Under the pieces are notes generated by a model, which did no database searches, was not told the origin of the DNA, and was given only the letters and a program-made list of their open reading frames with translations. DNA of 54,150 nucleotides, filler included, from Sluysia triapertura (lineage: Eukaryota): NCBI GenBank assembly GCA_046118255.1. It is 4 parts of 4 records of this genome, joined end to end, with 100 filler letters (N's around TTAATTAATTAA, not from the genome) between each part and the next. Parts side by side here need not be neighbours in the genome. Positions count along the whole stretch, not along the records: positions 31,800 to 43,003 come from JBJNIA010187379.1; positions 43,104 to 54,150 come from JBJNIA010189631.1; 2 more parts are not named here. One strand, given 5' to 3'. How positions within the stretch are numbered: position 1 is the stretch's first letter; each line of letters starts with the position of its first letter. Positions 37,419 through 51,073 of this stretch are shown piece after piece. Both the position numbers and the translations under genes were made by a program.

Positions 37419-40400
37419 AAAATATTATTGATTGAAATTTTATTATACAAATAAAATTGAAATTAATGAATTAATTAAAGAATTAAAGTTAAATAAAAAT
37501 TTTAAAATAGTTAATTAGAAAATAATTACATATATTTACTTGTTTAAAATTTTGTTTAAATAAATCAATTTTTAAAATATTTGTAATGGACACCAATATG
37601 GCAGATTTCAATATAAATAGAAATACAATTCAAACTTGGATTTAGAAATCAAGAGTGCTTAGCGGAATTTTTAAACAACACTTTTTGCCAAGGATTTAAT
37701 GGTAAAATTTTTTAAATAAGTTTTATTACAGTTAATTAAAATACGACTTAAACTATTTTAATTTTTATCCTAGACCGTAGAAAGGCTAGGTAAACCTAAT
37801 TTAAAATCGAAGCAACCTAAGAAATATTTCTTAAGGCTTAATATCTTATTAATACTATTATTATTATTGTATTAAATCTTGTTCGTGTACAATAAATCTA
37901 TTATTAAAATTATTTTATACTATTGTTATATTTTAAATTTTGTTCATATGATATATACCTTCAATGTATTTACTGTCTTTTCCTTAAAGTTTAATATATA
38001 ACAGTTTGATAGACCGTAAAAAGGCTGACTTAAATATATAAACATATAAGGAATATTAATAAAGTAAAGGTTTTATCACATTTGAATCATTTACTGAGAT
38101 TTGAGCACTCGTAAGCATTCATCTGAGTAGTAATAAGTATTTTATTTTATGAAAAATCTAATTAGAACGTTTCCGCCAGGTATAAAACGTGTCTAATTAG
38201 TCGAACTGATCTTGCAAATAGCACAACAAAGAAGTTACACTAATCGATATTATATAAAACAATTATAAATGATAAATATACAATAGCAAGATGACTTAAA
38301 ATTATTTTACAAATAGTAATTATAAATGAGTGATAATATACAATGATAATATAAATGACAAATTTTAATAGAGATTTTAATTTACTAGACCACTTTAAAA
38401 GGTCTTTCAAATAAAAATTACAAAATAGAATTTAAGTGGATTTTATTCATAGGTACAACTGACAATGTATTGCCTTCAAAGAAATAGCAAATATTTGTGA
38501 AAGTAGTCCATTCTTCGAAGGAATTCCTTGAAATAATTATAAATCGTATAAAGTGTAGAGAATTGGGATCCAAATTGGAAGTAGAAGCAAAGATCAATTT
38601 GTAAATTGTGTAAAACAAAGTTGTGAAGACAATAGATATAATTAGTGTTTATATATATTTTCTAACAAGGTGAACTTTGTTACTAGATGATTTTAATTAA
38701 TCGTTTTAAACAAAACATAAAGCAAAACATTTAACAAAATATTTGTAGAAAGGTGTATAAAATTTACACAAATAATATTTTTAGAATATTTTACGTAAAT
38801 AATTTAAATCCTAATAAATTTTACATTACCGAGATCTTAATAATTTATTTTAATTTACACTTAATAGTTTATTCTAATGTACATTTCATAAATACATGAA
38901 TTTACATCAATTACATAAATATTAAAATTCCTTAAATGCTTTATACTTTAAATTTTGAGGCAATATTGATGTAAATAGTTAAATTGTAAACAGTTATTAA
39001 AACGGTATTCACAAATCTATAAAACCATAAATAAAAAAATTTGAGATAAATATGAATATCATAAAATCATATAAAATATCATATCTAGTAACAGTAAAGA
39101 TATATAAAACATGATAGGATTTTTCTCTGAATTCCTTAAAGAACCAAATATGTTAAATGTCGTGGAAAATCTGAAGCTCTCTACAATTTTCATTGTGCAG
39201 CCGCTAAGTTTTATTTAAATTTATCTCACTTTAGCAAAATTAATTTGATGATAAAGATTCACATAATCATGTAATCATGATTACATGTAATAATCAGAAG
39301 TCGCTTTTAAATAATATAAGCTATTATTAACTATATAATAATTAATAAGATTTTATTCTGTTGCACTGGTTGGATTTTTTGAAAAGATTTTATCACTGGC
39401 TTAAATCAGCCAAACATTTAATGATTTTAGGTAAAATTGTATGGCTTACGTAAGTAAGGAAACTTAAATATTAATTACGTACGAATTTCATAGAAAGATT
39501 TGATGGTTAATTATTCAGAGTTATCTCGTAAATAACAGTAATTTACAACGAATTTGTTTACCACGTCAGTGACAGGTAAATCGACGGATGATTAAAATTT
39601 CGAATTTTTTTTCGAACATTTTTTACGTGTTGTATTAGCCGCGTTTGTGCTTTTAAACTAGTTTAGTTTCATATTCAAATTAAATAGACGTTGAATTCTC
39701 AAATTAATCATTTCAAAATTAAATTGTAAAATTGTAATTTCTGATAACAGTTACAAAAAATAGTTTCGCAGCAATAATGTATTAATTGCATTAACGAGTT
39801 AACTGGGTTATGTCTCACATACAAAACAATGCGTAGTGATACAATATGGCGTAGCGATACGATATTTAAAATATCTAGTGTGCATAAACGGGTGGGACGT
39901 GTGTTTTGTCTTACTGTTGTGTGAGTTATTGACACACGTCCTTTATAAGTACCTTGAGCCAGTTATATGTTGCATAGTTAAAAGATTATACGCCCGATAT
40001 ACTAATAAAATTTCTATTTGTCGTATTTGTAAAAACTCCAAATATACGAAATGTCAGTTTTTGATTAAATGTCAAATATGTAAAAGTAAAATAATAGTAA
40101 TAGATTGAAATAATTTTTGTAAAAGTAATTTAGTTTAATGAAAAAAATTATTTGTAAATTTGATTCTAAAGATAAAAATATTTTAAAAAATTAATTTGTA
40201 TTAATTTGGTATTATTTAATTTATGTAATTTTTATATCAAAATAAGAAAATAGTTATTATTGTAGTTATAATTATTTATTTAGTTTTATTATTAACATTA
40301 TTTATATTATTATTATTAAAGTACTTATTTCTGTAATGTAGAAGTCATCAAATTAGTCATACATTCAAGAGGTCAAATGATCTTATCTTAAAAATGTAAT

Positions 40401-41052
40401 ATAAATAGCGTTTAAGAAACGCTTAACACACACCGATACGGTAAAAATGATAAAAGTATTTTCACGTTTTTCACATACAATGTAAAAGTCTATACATTAA
40501 TAAATATTGATTTGTAGAAGTGTCAGGTATGTATGAGTTGTTAGAAGTCTTAACTATTATAAATTCTGTAAACATAATATTATTTAATTTTTGTAAAAAT
40601 TCTTTGATTAATAATTTTGTTATTTAATTTATAATTTTGTTAATTAATTTATATAAAAAGTGTTTAAAATTTTAGAAAGATATTAAATTAAATTAAATAT
40701 ACTCTTAAAGAAAACTTTAAACATTAAATTATGAAAATTTTTATTAGAATTTTATTGACTAGAAATTCTCTTTGGAAATTTTATTACCTTATTTTTATTG
40801 CTTTATTTTTCATTTAATTACTTGAGAGAATTTAATTTGTGGAAAATAAATAAAACTTTTAATATATTTTTATTTATGTATTTATATTCGTGAGTCTTCT
40901 ACGACACTGGAATTATGTGATGAATTTAGTGATGAGTTGATAGATAATACAAAAATTTTTAATGTTAATAATTTCGTCTTTTATATGAACTATGTAAACA
41001 TTATTTTTGAAAATCATTAATTTAAATTCAATGTTTTTAGAGAACTTTGATT

Positions 41053-42020
41053 TTAAAACAAGAATATAAAAAGGTACAAACATGAAATTGTATATATTTT
41101 TACGGAAATTAAAATTGATAAAAAAGTTATAATTATTGGGCGGGCTGCATTAGGTTGTAGTATCTTAGAATAAGAAAAATCAAAATTAGTTAATACATGA
41201 GTATAAAAATTCATAATTACTTTAATATTTTTGTCTTTTATGTCTTTATTGAATTGAGTCTCACTGCCAACTTCATGATACTTGTTTTTACATAATGAAC
41301 TGCTGGTTATATTGCCACAGAGTATGGTTTTCACAAGGCTCTGTATACACTGAACATGATCATGGAAGAGGAATATATTAGTGTCGATATAACTTATTTG
41401 ATCTACTGTATGATAATATTGGCAAGCTGATCCAGACTTGATACACAACCCTGTCTCACTGGATTGGAATGGACATTGTAAAATCTTAATTGAGATATTA
41501 GATGCATCATCTTCTTTCTCTGAGGATTGACAATTAGTGTTACTTCTCCTTGACTTGTAAATAACATATAATCATGATCATAATTTTCCTCATATAATGA
41601 AATATTATCGATACTAATGATTTCTTTATCTAATGCGGATTGACTAAAGTATTGTGTACGTACGTATCCAACTTGACTGTTAACATTATTACAAGTTTGT
41701 GAAATAATCTTTTGGGGAATCAAACTAAACTCTTCAATTTTAGATTCTAAAAATAATGTTGTAGGCGCTAGTTGCCATGGATTACTGTAATTTAAGAAAT
41801 ACTTTGAATAAAATCTTTTAAATTACGTCATTCATACTGATGAAACTTGTTGTCGATTACAAATTCGTTCACCAAATATAAAAATATCATCATTAAAAAT
41901 TATCATCAATTCTTAATATTCATCTGCATCACCTAATTCATCAACATGGCTTGGACGATTCTTCAACACATTCTCTTCAACCATTCGAAATAATGAAAAT
42001 CTCCAAAAATTATCAGCCAT
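41053..42020 (-). pseudogene. Disabled orphan gene with a 42-nt intron
   Basis: ATG 42020 MADNFWRFSLFRMVEE..., in-frame TAA at 41915, GT-AG intron 41826-41785 joining in frame to NPWQLAPTTLFLESK...; frameshift between ORFs 41403-41723 and 41053-41448. Confidence 0.5.
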
Positions 42021-42926
42021 TTAGAAAAATTAATACGAAAAACAAAAACTAAAATTTAAGTTTTATTTCAATTCTATATCAAGTAAGTTATAATTTTAAT
42101 ATTTTTATTATGTTGGCTCTAACTTAATGTAACAAAATGTTGTGTAATAAAAAACCAATAAAATTTATTTGATCTGTTTTATTTTACAGTAAATTACATC
42201 ACGACATCAATACTGATTGGATATTTAATAAAAATGATTGGACATTCAATCAAAGCCTAACACAATTAATGAAATTGATTGAATGCCCAATCACAAAAAT
42301 AGAGAATGATGCGTAAGGCAGTAAATGTATGATGCTTCATAATGTATGCTTGTCACCATAAAGTTTGTAAAATTCATTAAATAGTAATTAAAAATGGTGA
42401 CAGGCAAATATATTTTGACCATGTTTAAATAGCTACCATGACATATGGTATGACTACAATTGATAAAAATAATGACAATAATATTAACAATGGAATAAAA
42501 ATGCTGACAATAATTATAATTAATATAAAATAGGTAATTAATATAAAATAAAAGTAATAATAATGATACAAATGGGAATAAAATAATGCATAAATTCTTT
42601 TAATTTCTTTCAACATAATTTTTTCTTTGGTTTGAAAATATAAATATTTCTTAAGTAAAATTCTTATTATTCTTTTTCTAGATGTAAAATTAATTTAAAT
42701 AAGGTTTTCTTTGCCTAAGGTATTAAAAGAATGAATAGAAGATGTATATAAAAAGATAATATTTAACTAAATATGTTAAAGAAATGACATTTTGATTACA
42801 ATTGTTTAAATTGATTTTGGAATGTAATTTTAATATATTTCAAAGATGTCAATGATTGAGTGTTGAAGAATTGTGAACGTGAAATGTTTTGGATTAATTT
42901 TGAAATAGATATTTGATGATTTAAGA

Positions 42927-43003
42927 CAGTGATTCTCAGCCTTTTTTTGTTGCGGCACTATTTTAAAGATTTCAAAATTTGGCGGCACAGTTTAAAAATT
43001 ATT
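42927..43003. mobile_element. hAT MITE left end running into gap
   Basis: CAGTGATTCTCAGCCTTTTTT with repeated GCGGCAC subterminal motif. Confidence 0.6.
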
Positions 43004-43103
43004 NNNNNNNNNNNNNNNNNNNNNNNNNNNNNNNNNNNNNNNNNNNNTTAATTAATTAANNNNNNNNNNNNNNNNNNNNNNNNNNNNNNNNNNNNNNNNN
43101 NNN
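43004..43103. other. Scaffold gap with synthetic linker
   Basis: 44 N + TTAATTAATTAA + 44 N. Confidence 0.95.
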
Positions 43104-44175
43104 ATCAAACATTATCTACTGTTATCATAGTTACAGGTACGTCTACTGCATGTTTGAACCCATCAAATTTCTTTATTTTGCTCTTAATTAAGTTAAGATA
43201 GTACTAGCAGAAATGTAAAGAATTAAATTTAAAACAGATTGAGTTTAAATGCATTAAACTATAAAAATAATTGCAAATTGGATAAATATAAAAATTAGCA
43301 GGAAATATCCAATAATATATTAATATTAAGTTTCATTGAATTAATATGGAGATTTGAAGATGAACCTTGCAAAATAGCCTTGAGTACAATAGCATTTCTT
43401 CAGATCTTGCCTTTTAGCTTTCATGCATTACTACGATCAGTAAATAAACTGTGGAACTATTTGAAAAGTGAAACAGCATAAACAATGTAATTTTGATATC
43501 GCCATCAATTTGGTAAAGTTACATTTACTTGCAGCACCAGAGATTATTTATAGAATATTCCAAATGATTAGAAGTTTTAACTAACAAGTTTTACAAGAAA
43601 CAAAAAATTGTGCAAACAAAAATATTTTTGTAATGCAATATAATGCAATGCCTTTTTATACAATCTGCATATGGTCAATATTGGTCAGATAACTAACCTT
43701 ATTATAATTGTTAACTTTTTCCTAGCACATTTGGTGCTATTCGTGATTTCTTTACTACATTGGCGATATTATATCACACAGATTCTATACTTTAATTTGT
43801 TCTAATATAAAAAAGAAACCATTAATTTCAATTGGTGATTATTTATTTTTATAACACCAAACAACAAAAATTGTTTCAGGGTCACTCAGCTTTTTAAAAT
43901 GCAAGAAAGAAAAATAATTAGTCCATAAATTGAACTTTGAATCTTCTTCAGCAGCTACATTACAAATGAAACAAATAAGTACAATGTAAAGTCATTTATT
44001 ATTTGACGTCTGAATTGTAGTTATTAAAAATGTTTAAATGTATTGAAGTGACAAATGTGTTAACTTTTAATAAAAATGTAACGTTATTTTTTAAAATATT
44101 AAATTATAAAAAGAATTATTTTGTTAATTAATAAAATAAAATAATGATTTATATACAAATCAATATTAAACATTA

Positions 44176-44719
44176 ATGGCAACAGTTAGTGTAGAAGTAT
44201 CAAGTAATGAAAAAATCTGGATTGATTATTTATCGCGTTATTATTTGAAATTAAAAGCATCATACGATGAACTAATATATATAGCTAATTGGAATTTTAG
44301 TCAAATTGAAGCTAATATGAAATTATTATCAGATATTGAAGTAGTATTTAAAGAAATTAAAATTTGTATGAGAGAAAATCAGTTTCATTTAACAACTACC
44401 GTTGATTATTATCGAACTGCTCAACAATTATTACAACGCGAAGAAATTGTTAACTAGATATGATATAGGTGTTTCTGAAAGTGATTTAATTTAGTCGAAA
44501 AATTATTGTCGTGCCTTTGGTGTAAAAATTCCACCGACAAACAAATGCGATGTTTCATCATTTGATTACAAACATTATAGCGTTCAGCAACAATTTTGGT
44601 GTTATGGGACTAGTTTTGCTAATCCAAAATGATTATGTTCATTTACGGAGGGAGCTGTTTTATCATTCAGTATGTTTGTAATTGTTCTTCAATTGCTATA
44701 TTTTCTAACAAAATTTTAA
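44176..44719 (+). pseudogene. Intronless orphan; 93-aa helical ORF continuing after a frameshift to a hydrophobic C-terminal tail
   Basis: MATVSVEV...EEIVN*, then shifted frame RYDIGVSESDLI*...GAVLSFSMFVIVLQLLYFLTKF*. Confidence 0.4.
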
Positions 44720-44970
44720 ATTTTGTCACTGTTTTTAATTTGTTAATTTAAATTAAAGTTGAATTGTTCGTATTTAATTAGTGTTTTAAACTTTTTAATA
44801 AAAAATTAAAAATAAACAAAAATACTAATAGTTTATTTAAATTAAACTACTTAATGCCCTCCACAGTTATTATTTAAAATATGTAAAAATTGTTTAACAT
44901 TTTATTTTTCATTAAAAATCAGCAAATTAAACAACAAAACCCAGTAAGGCTTGGATTTTTTATAATATCT

Positions 44971-45031
44971 AATACCGATATTAAAACCGGTATCCCGGTA
45001 TTGATTTTTTGGTCCGGTATTGGAAACCCTA
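44971..45031. mobile_element. hAT-like transposon terminus
   Basis: Reverse complement TAGGGTTTCCAATACCGG with repeated ATACCGG subterminal motifs. Confidence 0.55.
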
Positions 45032-45699
45032 ATCACGTGCTTTGAATCGTGAAATTAAACTAAATAAACAAATCATATCTTCTGTTACTAAATTTGTGAA
45101 TAGAGGTACAGGTGCAAAACTAGTTGTTATTGATGTCGAATCAAGTCATTGGGCTGTTCCTTTTACGATAATCATGTAATAGAATGCAATCTTTTTCGTC
45201 CTAAACCATATTACTCTAATCCATCTCATAATAAATTTAATCTCAAAAGTAATCACAATTTGTATAAAAGTATCAAATAATGTATTCGGTCATATGAACA
45301 ATAACTCATCTCACTCTTTAGTTAAATTACCGAATGATGGGTATTCTTCCGTGACAAATTATAATTATAATTCAAGATTTAGATGAGTATAATTAAGGCA
45401 AATAAATTATAGAAATAAAGTATAATTTATATAATTCTATTGGTGTTGCCATAGCTAAGGACACACCTACTTTAAGTTTTAAGTCGCGGTAACTCACAGA
45501 ACCTATTTAATTTATTTTGCTTGTATGTAAATAACATGCTATCACATGCAAAGCCAACACATACGTAAGAAATTCTGGCCGTTTCTATTTAAATACTTTA
45601 TAGAGATTACAACGGTTTCTTTAAACATGCAAGATAAGTAGCTTCCCAACAAAACAAAATATTAAGTAAATGCCAATAATAATAAGTTGTTAAAGTTGG

Positions 45700-46022
45700 C
45701 AATATTATTAACTACAAATAGCATCCTCGCCAACCTAATAAAATGTTTGTAAACATAGATACTTGATCAATACACTAAAAATTGAAAAACATTAACTTTC
45801 CAATTAAATAGTTCCAAAAATAAATCAATAGATAATGCTGGACTATTCAAAACTAAGTCGGTAACATGCATATCTTCAAATATATATATTAAATAAATTG
45901 TTTTAAATTAAAATATTTAATCAATTTAACCAATTGTCATTAAAGCAATTGAAATATTGCATAAATAACTAAAATATAACTTACGGTTTTTGAAATTTCC
46001 AACCAAGCATAAATTATTAATT
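45700..46022 (-). CDS. Probable small downstream exons of the B4GALT-like gene
   Basis: Phase-compatible pieces INNLCLVGNFKN / HMHVTDLVLNSPALSIDLFLELFNWK / VGEDAI loosely match ALSxxxF...WGWGGEDD; exon model uncertain. Confidence 0.35.
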
Positions 46023-46113
46023 CTGCAATAACAGAATTTCACTCAATAATGCGGTATAATAAATTTGATAATAACTTTACATTTAAAATCCGAATTTGTT
46101 AAAATATCGATAT

Positions 46114-46370
46114 CCAGCCATGTCCAACGTGTGGCCCGATAACAAAAAAAGGAAAACACACAAATTAATATTTAAATAAATATATTTAATATATAGGTCC
46201 TATATATTATTGTTTATATTTGTGTACATTCTAATTTGTGTGTACGTATCTCATTTGAGCGCGAGTGTGCGCTACAATTGAAATTTTTTTTGCTCAGGTG
46301 AGTGGCAGACCAGTGCCTTGTACATTCCTAAATTTTGGCCCGAAGAGTAATTTGGGTTGGACATGGCTGG
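46114..46370. mobile_element. hAT-type MITE (257 bp) in B4GALT-like intron
   Basis: Perfect 15-bp TIRs CCAGCCATGTCCAAC / GTTGGACATGGCTGG; subterminal TGGCCCG motifs; no clear TSD. Confidence 0.85.
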
Positions 46371-46479
46371 TATGTACATAAAATAAAAATATGAATAATT
46401 AATTTACTGCAACGTAAAAAAATTAGTTAAATGTTACTATGGTGTAATAAATGATTTTTTAAATATTAAAAAAATATAC

Positions 46480-46673
46480 TTTGGATCTTTATTTTCAACG
46501 TGAGCTGCAATATGGTAAGGTTTATTATAACACCGATAAGGAATTCCTGGGACTGAAGGAATAGCTGTGATATCATGAAATATGAAACAATTAAAATGGT
46601 TTGGATGTGCATAATTTATTTCTGTAAATGCAGCATTGTATAAAGAACCATAATTAAGATGATCAAAAGTGGT
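46480..46673 (-). CDS. Beta-1,4-galactosyltransferase (GT7)-like exon
   Basis: TTFDHLNYGSLYNAAFTEINYAHPNHFNCFIFHDITAIPSVPGIPYRCYNKPYHIAAHV matches FNRAxLxNVGFxEA...CFIFHDVDLIP...YxC..xPRH; AG/GT flanked. Not in the ORF track. Confidence 0.85.
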
Positions 46674-46849
46674 CTAAATTATTTACAATAATGTAATTTT
46701 AAAATTGAATTCCAAATATTGTTTTTTTATAATATTTTATTGAAAATATATGTTGTTTAATAGTAATACCATATAAAAGTACATTAATTATTTCAATTAG
46801 CAGTGGAACCATTTAATTGGCTATTTTAAGCTCATGAATTATAAGTAAT

Positions 46850-47250
46850 GAGTAGATAGATATGTCCATCACTTCATTCTGGGTGGTGGAGGTCAGGTTT
46901 AGCTTAAACATAATTTACATTGGATTTACTAGTGGTTTAGCGTGGGCAATTTTGAGTAGTCAAAATGATTGCTGAATATAAAAGTGAGGCTATTACATTA
47001 AATTTGCATCTGGCTTTTGGTATATTTATTCTAAGTTGACGAAGTTGCATTAAATGGTTAGTAACCAGAAAAATTAGTTGCTTGTACCAGGAAATGTTTT
47101 ATGTTGTCTTACACATCCACGGTAGTTCTGTGGTTGTCTGCGAAGGTTATATGGTTATCATAGTTTAAATGCAATCTTGTAGAGTTGAAATCTCTATATG
47201 ATCAAGCAAATCTATTTATGTAAGAATAGTGCAACTGTCGAAAATAATCT
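46850..47250 (-). mobile_element. Possible LINE (Jockey-like) ORF1 relic
   Basis: Frameshifted DNH..NYRGC resembles the last gag knuckle H.ANYRGC. Confidence 0.3.
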
Positions 47251-50200
47251 GAATTGTTATTTCAAGATTAACGAAGAGTGCAATATAAGTAAAATAAAAA
47301 TATTTTAATAATCTAAAAACACCTGTCAGTGTAGATTCAAAAGTTTTTAAAATTAAGTATTTTTAATTTCAAATGTAATTGTACATTTAAATTGTTAAGT
47401 AGACATCTGTCAAAACAGTATAAAGAAAGAAATTTTTTATTAAAGAGCAGAAGTTTGATAAAATACATCAAAAGATCATTTCTGCATTGTTCAAAATCAT
47501 AATTTTAGATAAGCAAAATTGACTTTGCATTCTATTTAAAAACAAGGTAAAATTAATTATTGAATGCAAAATCAACTGTTGTAGCTTGATCGTTGAGTGC
47601 GTATTATTAGAGACGACCTTTGCATTCTTTAATAATATTAAAATTATTCTAAAAATCCTGTGAAGCCCTTAAACAGATATGAAACAGCTTATTACTAAAT
47701 TACTTCTGTTTTTAATTTTACTAAATAATAATCAGATTTTAAGAATAACAAATAACTGCCTTCACATCCTTAGTATGTAAAAGCTGCAGTATTAGTATAC
47801 AAATTTATTAATATTAAAAACTTAAATGGCAAAAAAATAAATGTTCAATAAAAATCTTCATCAAAATCTAAGAACAAGAGCACAACTGTAAATACGGCAC
47901 TAAAATATAATGTGTAAAATATGAAAAGACACAACGGTTATTTTGTAAAAAAACAGCGATGTCTCAAATAGATCATATTGGTGTACTTAATTGCCATGCC
48001 ATTTTTTGACAAAACTAATGACTTCGCGAACAAATTGTCGTTATATTCTTGGTGACACATGTATTGAGTAGTACTAGATAATAATTGATGAGTTGATGAA
48101 TTAGACAATGCCATGGTAACTGAATACATTGTCAAGTGTTTAGAGCGTATGTCGCAACAATAATGAAAATATCTGCTACCAGACAAATAAATATTTGAGC
48201 AACATATTATTTACAAAAGAGCTAAATAATCATTAAACGATGTATTGTTTCTCTTATTTCTAGCCTTAAAGAAGTAATTCAAATTTAAACTCAAACCAAT
48301 AGTTTTTCGTTTCAAAATATTGGTTCCATTAATAATAAATGCCATAAAATAAACAATTCAATTTGTAACACAAATGCACGTCTAAAATTCAAATACACTT
48401 GAACTTTATGTATTTTTAAACTGAGACAGATCCGTACAAAATTAGTAATTTTGTTACTGGCACATTACGATTATGATGAGCCAGCACCGTAGAATTTGTT
48501 AAAGCGTTCAACAAAATCCTCAGTGAATTCAAAGTCAAATAAACCAGTATCAAAAAATTTATTGCTAATATGGCGAATATCAAAAGTATAAAAATTTAGC
48601 TATGATGCTTCCGAAAATATGTAATTAAAAAAATCATTATTAACATACTTGAAGAAAAGAAATTGCTTTACAAAAATTCTTCTAAAGGTACCATTGTAAT
48701 CGAAATCAACAATGTAATTTGTAAATGGCCTTTCTAATTTCAATTTCCATGAAATTACGTTGTTATGATTATGACTACTTAAGTAGTGCTAGTTTTATAT
48801 TATTTACAATATTACTGATATTAATTCGCTTTATCTGTCGGGTTTTTTTAGTTAACGACATTACTTCTGGCGTTAAATGTAAATTACTTAATAAACTGAT
48901 AAGCAGTTTACTAGGGATTGATAAATCTTCTTTAATAATTAATGATTAAACCATTTATCATATTAAACCCTTCTGAATTCATCTAACACTGTCTCATTTA
49001 AAAGAGTTCCCAATTAAATTTTCCATTAAAATTGAAACATTTTATGTTAATATCAATACAAATAAAATCAATTCTTTATAATTTTTATCATTATTAATAA
49101 TTATTGCATTATTATTATCGTTATTTAATTATTACTTTTGTTTACTATTATTACAATTTTTATTTTCATTTTTTAAATATTATTACCATTAATGTTTATT
49201 ATTTAACTATATAGTGATGTGCAAGGTCACTTATTTTTAAAAAATGAAAGATGGCTTCAACTCATTAATGTATAATGATGCGAGATATATTAAAAGATAA
49301 TGAAAATGATTTAACTATTATATATAATAACTCTTAAGATTAAAAAGTCTTTTTTTAATGATATATCGGATTTATTTAATCTTACGTGCGATTTGAAATA
49401 TTACCGATATTTAATAGATTTAGAAATTATTTTAAATACTGCTAGTTATTTGATAATTATTTTAATGTACCAAATAATATGTGAAGATGAATTTCAAAAA
49501 GTGCATGGTGTTATTGTGGAATATCATTTAGTTATCGGTGTTCAAAAGGCAATCAAATTTGATGAAGTAATCAAAATTCGATTACTTGAAAATTTTAAGT
49601 CTTAAAAATGAATATTCAAATTACTCGAAGTTTAGTGATGAACGATGTAAGTGACATTCGAATTAACTGAACTACTATATTCGAGCGAAAATAACTTAAA
49701 TATTAATGAATTTTGGACTTTTTCTATTAAAGTGTGCTTATGATAGATCGAGTTTACAAATCAAATAATGCTCGATGGTTCTCAATAAATAGTATGAATA
49801 TGTGAATGCCATTTTCGTATTATTCACATTTAGAAATATCTAGAACCAAATCAATAATAAATAAAATATATAGTTTGAGTTATGATCAGTAACTCAACAT
49901 TCGTCGCAAAATAAGAAATAAAATACATCGAACGCATTTCCATCAGATGAAAATTTAGATCACTTAAGTACTCAAAAGTAAGTTCATGTATTGTAGTCTC
50001 CCTTGATATTCAATTCATTATTTTTATAACCACAAATGTTACTAGAAATTTTCTAAACATAAAATAAGTTACCTTTAAGGTCGTGCAATATTTATAAATC
50101 TATAAATAAACATTAATGATAATGATTAGATTGAAATAATGTCGTTAAATGAAATATTAAAAAAATGATTTTAGGAAAACTAGCGGTGTTGACTCAAAAA

Positions 50201-51073
50201 TGTACACTTGGACATCTAAAATCAAGTATCAATTGAGTGTTTTTGTTGCATCGTGAAAACCATCTTGTTCTCATTAACTTCTTGACACAAGTCATTAATA
50301 ATGATTATGTTTCGATGGTCTGCTTGATCACTTTTCGACGAAACCATTAATTACTTTAATATTTTTTAATTTACAAAATTCGGTTTGAGTTAGTCACCAC
50401 ATCTTTATTTTATTTTTAAATTTATTACTTTATAGTAATTTTTCTATGTAACATTGATTTATTATTTAAATTCATTTTAAACCTTATTTTATAACAAATC
50501 AAAAGAAGCACACATAAAATACATTTATTTACACTTTTCTTTAAAATATTTCAGTATTTTGTGGAAAATATTCTATTTTACTATTTCTCCTATTGCAAAT
50601 GTTCATACAAAGAAATTAATTCACGACTAGTATGTAAAGATATGATTAAATATTACCCAAGGAATACAATAAAGAGGCATCACAAAGCCTAATGTGTGCT
50701 CTTAGCTGTCAAAGTGTTGTCTGCCATGAAATGGTAAAGGGTTCAAGCACTTCATTGTATCCAAACTACTATTTATTTGTTTCACCATCGGCAAGATGTT
50801 TTGAGTCTCTTGACGTCCAATATCACAAGACCCATCAGATATATTTAAGATAAAATTTTAATTTTTATATTTATGTAAGTGTATGAGTGTCCAATTATAA
50901 ATTTATAAAATATTATAAACCAATCAAATCGCTCAAAACCAACCCTCTGCCAATCATATCTATCTACACTCATTTAAATGAACATTTCTAAAAATATGAA
51001 TCAATATTTTCATTTACAATTTATAAACTATTAATTACAATGTAAGTTTATAGAATTATTTTTCCTGTCTTAC

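Noticed and set aside
39836-40108. Small CxxC...CxxC zinc-finger or viral-like ORF
   Set aside because: Non-ATG start, no splice or family support; Cys pairs could be chance.
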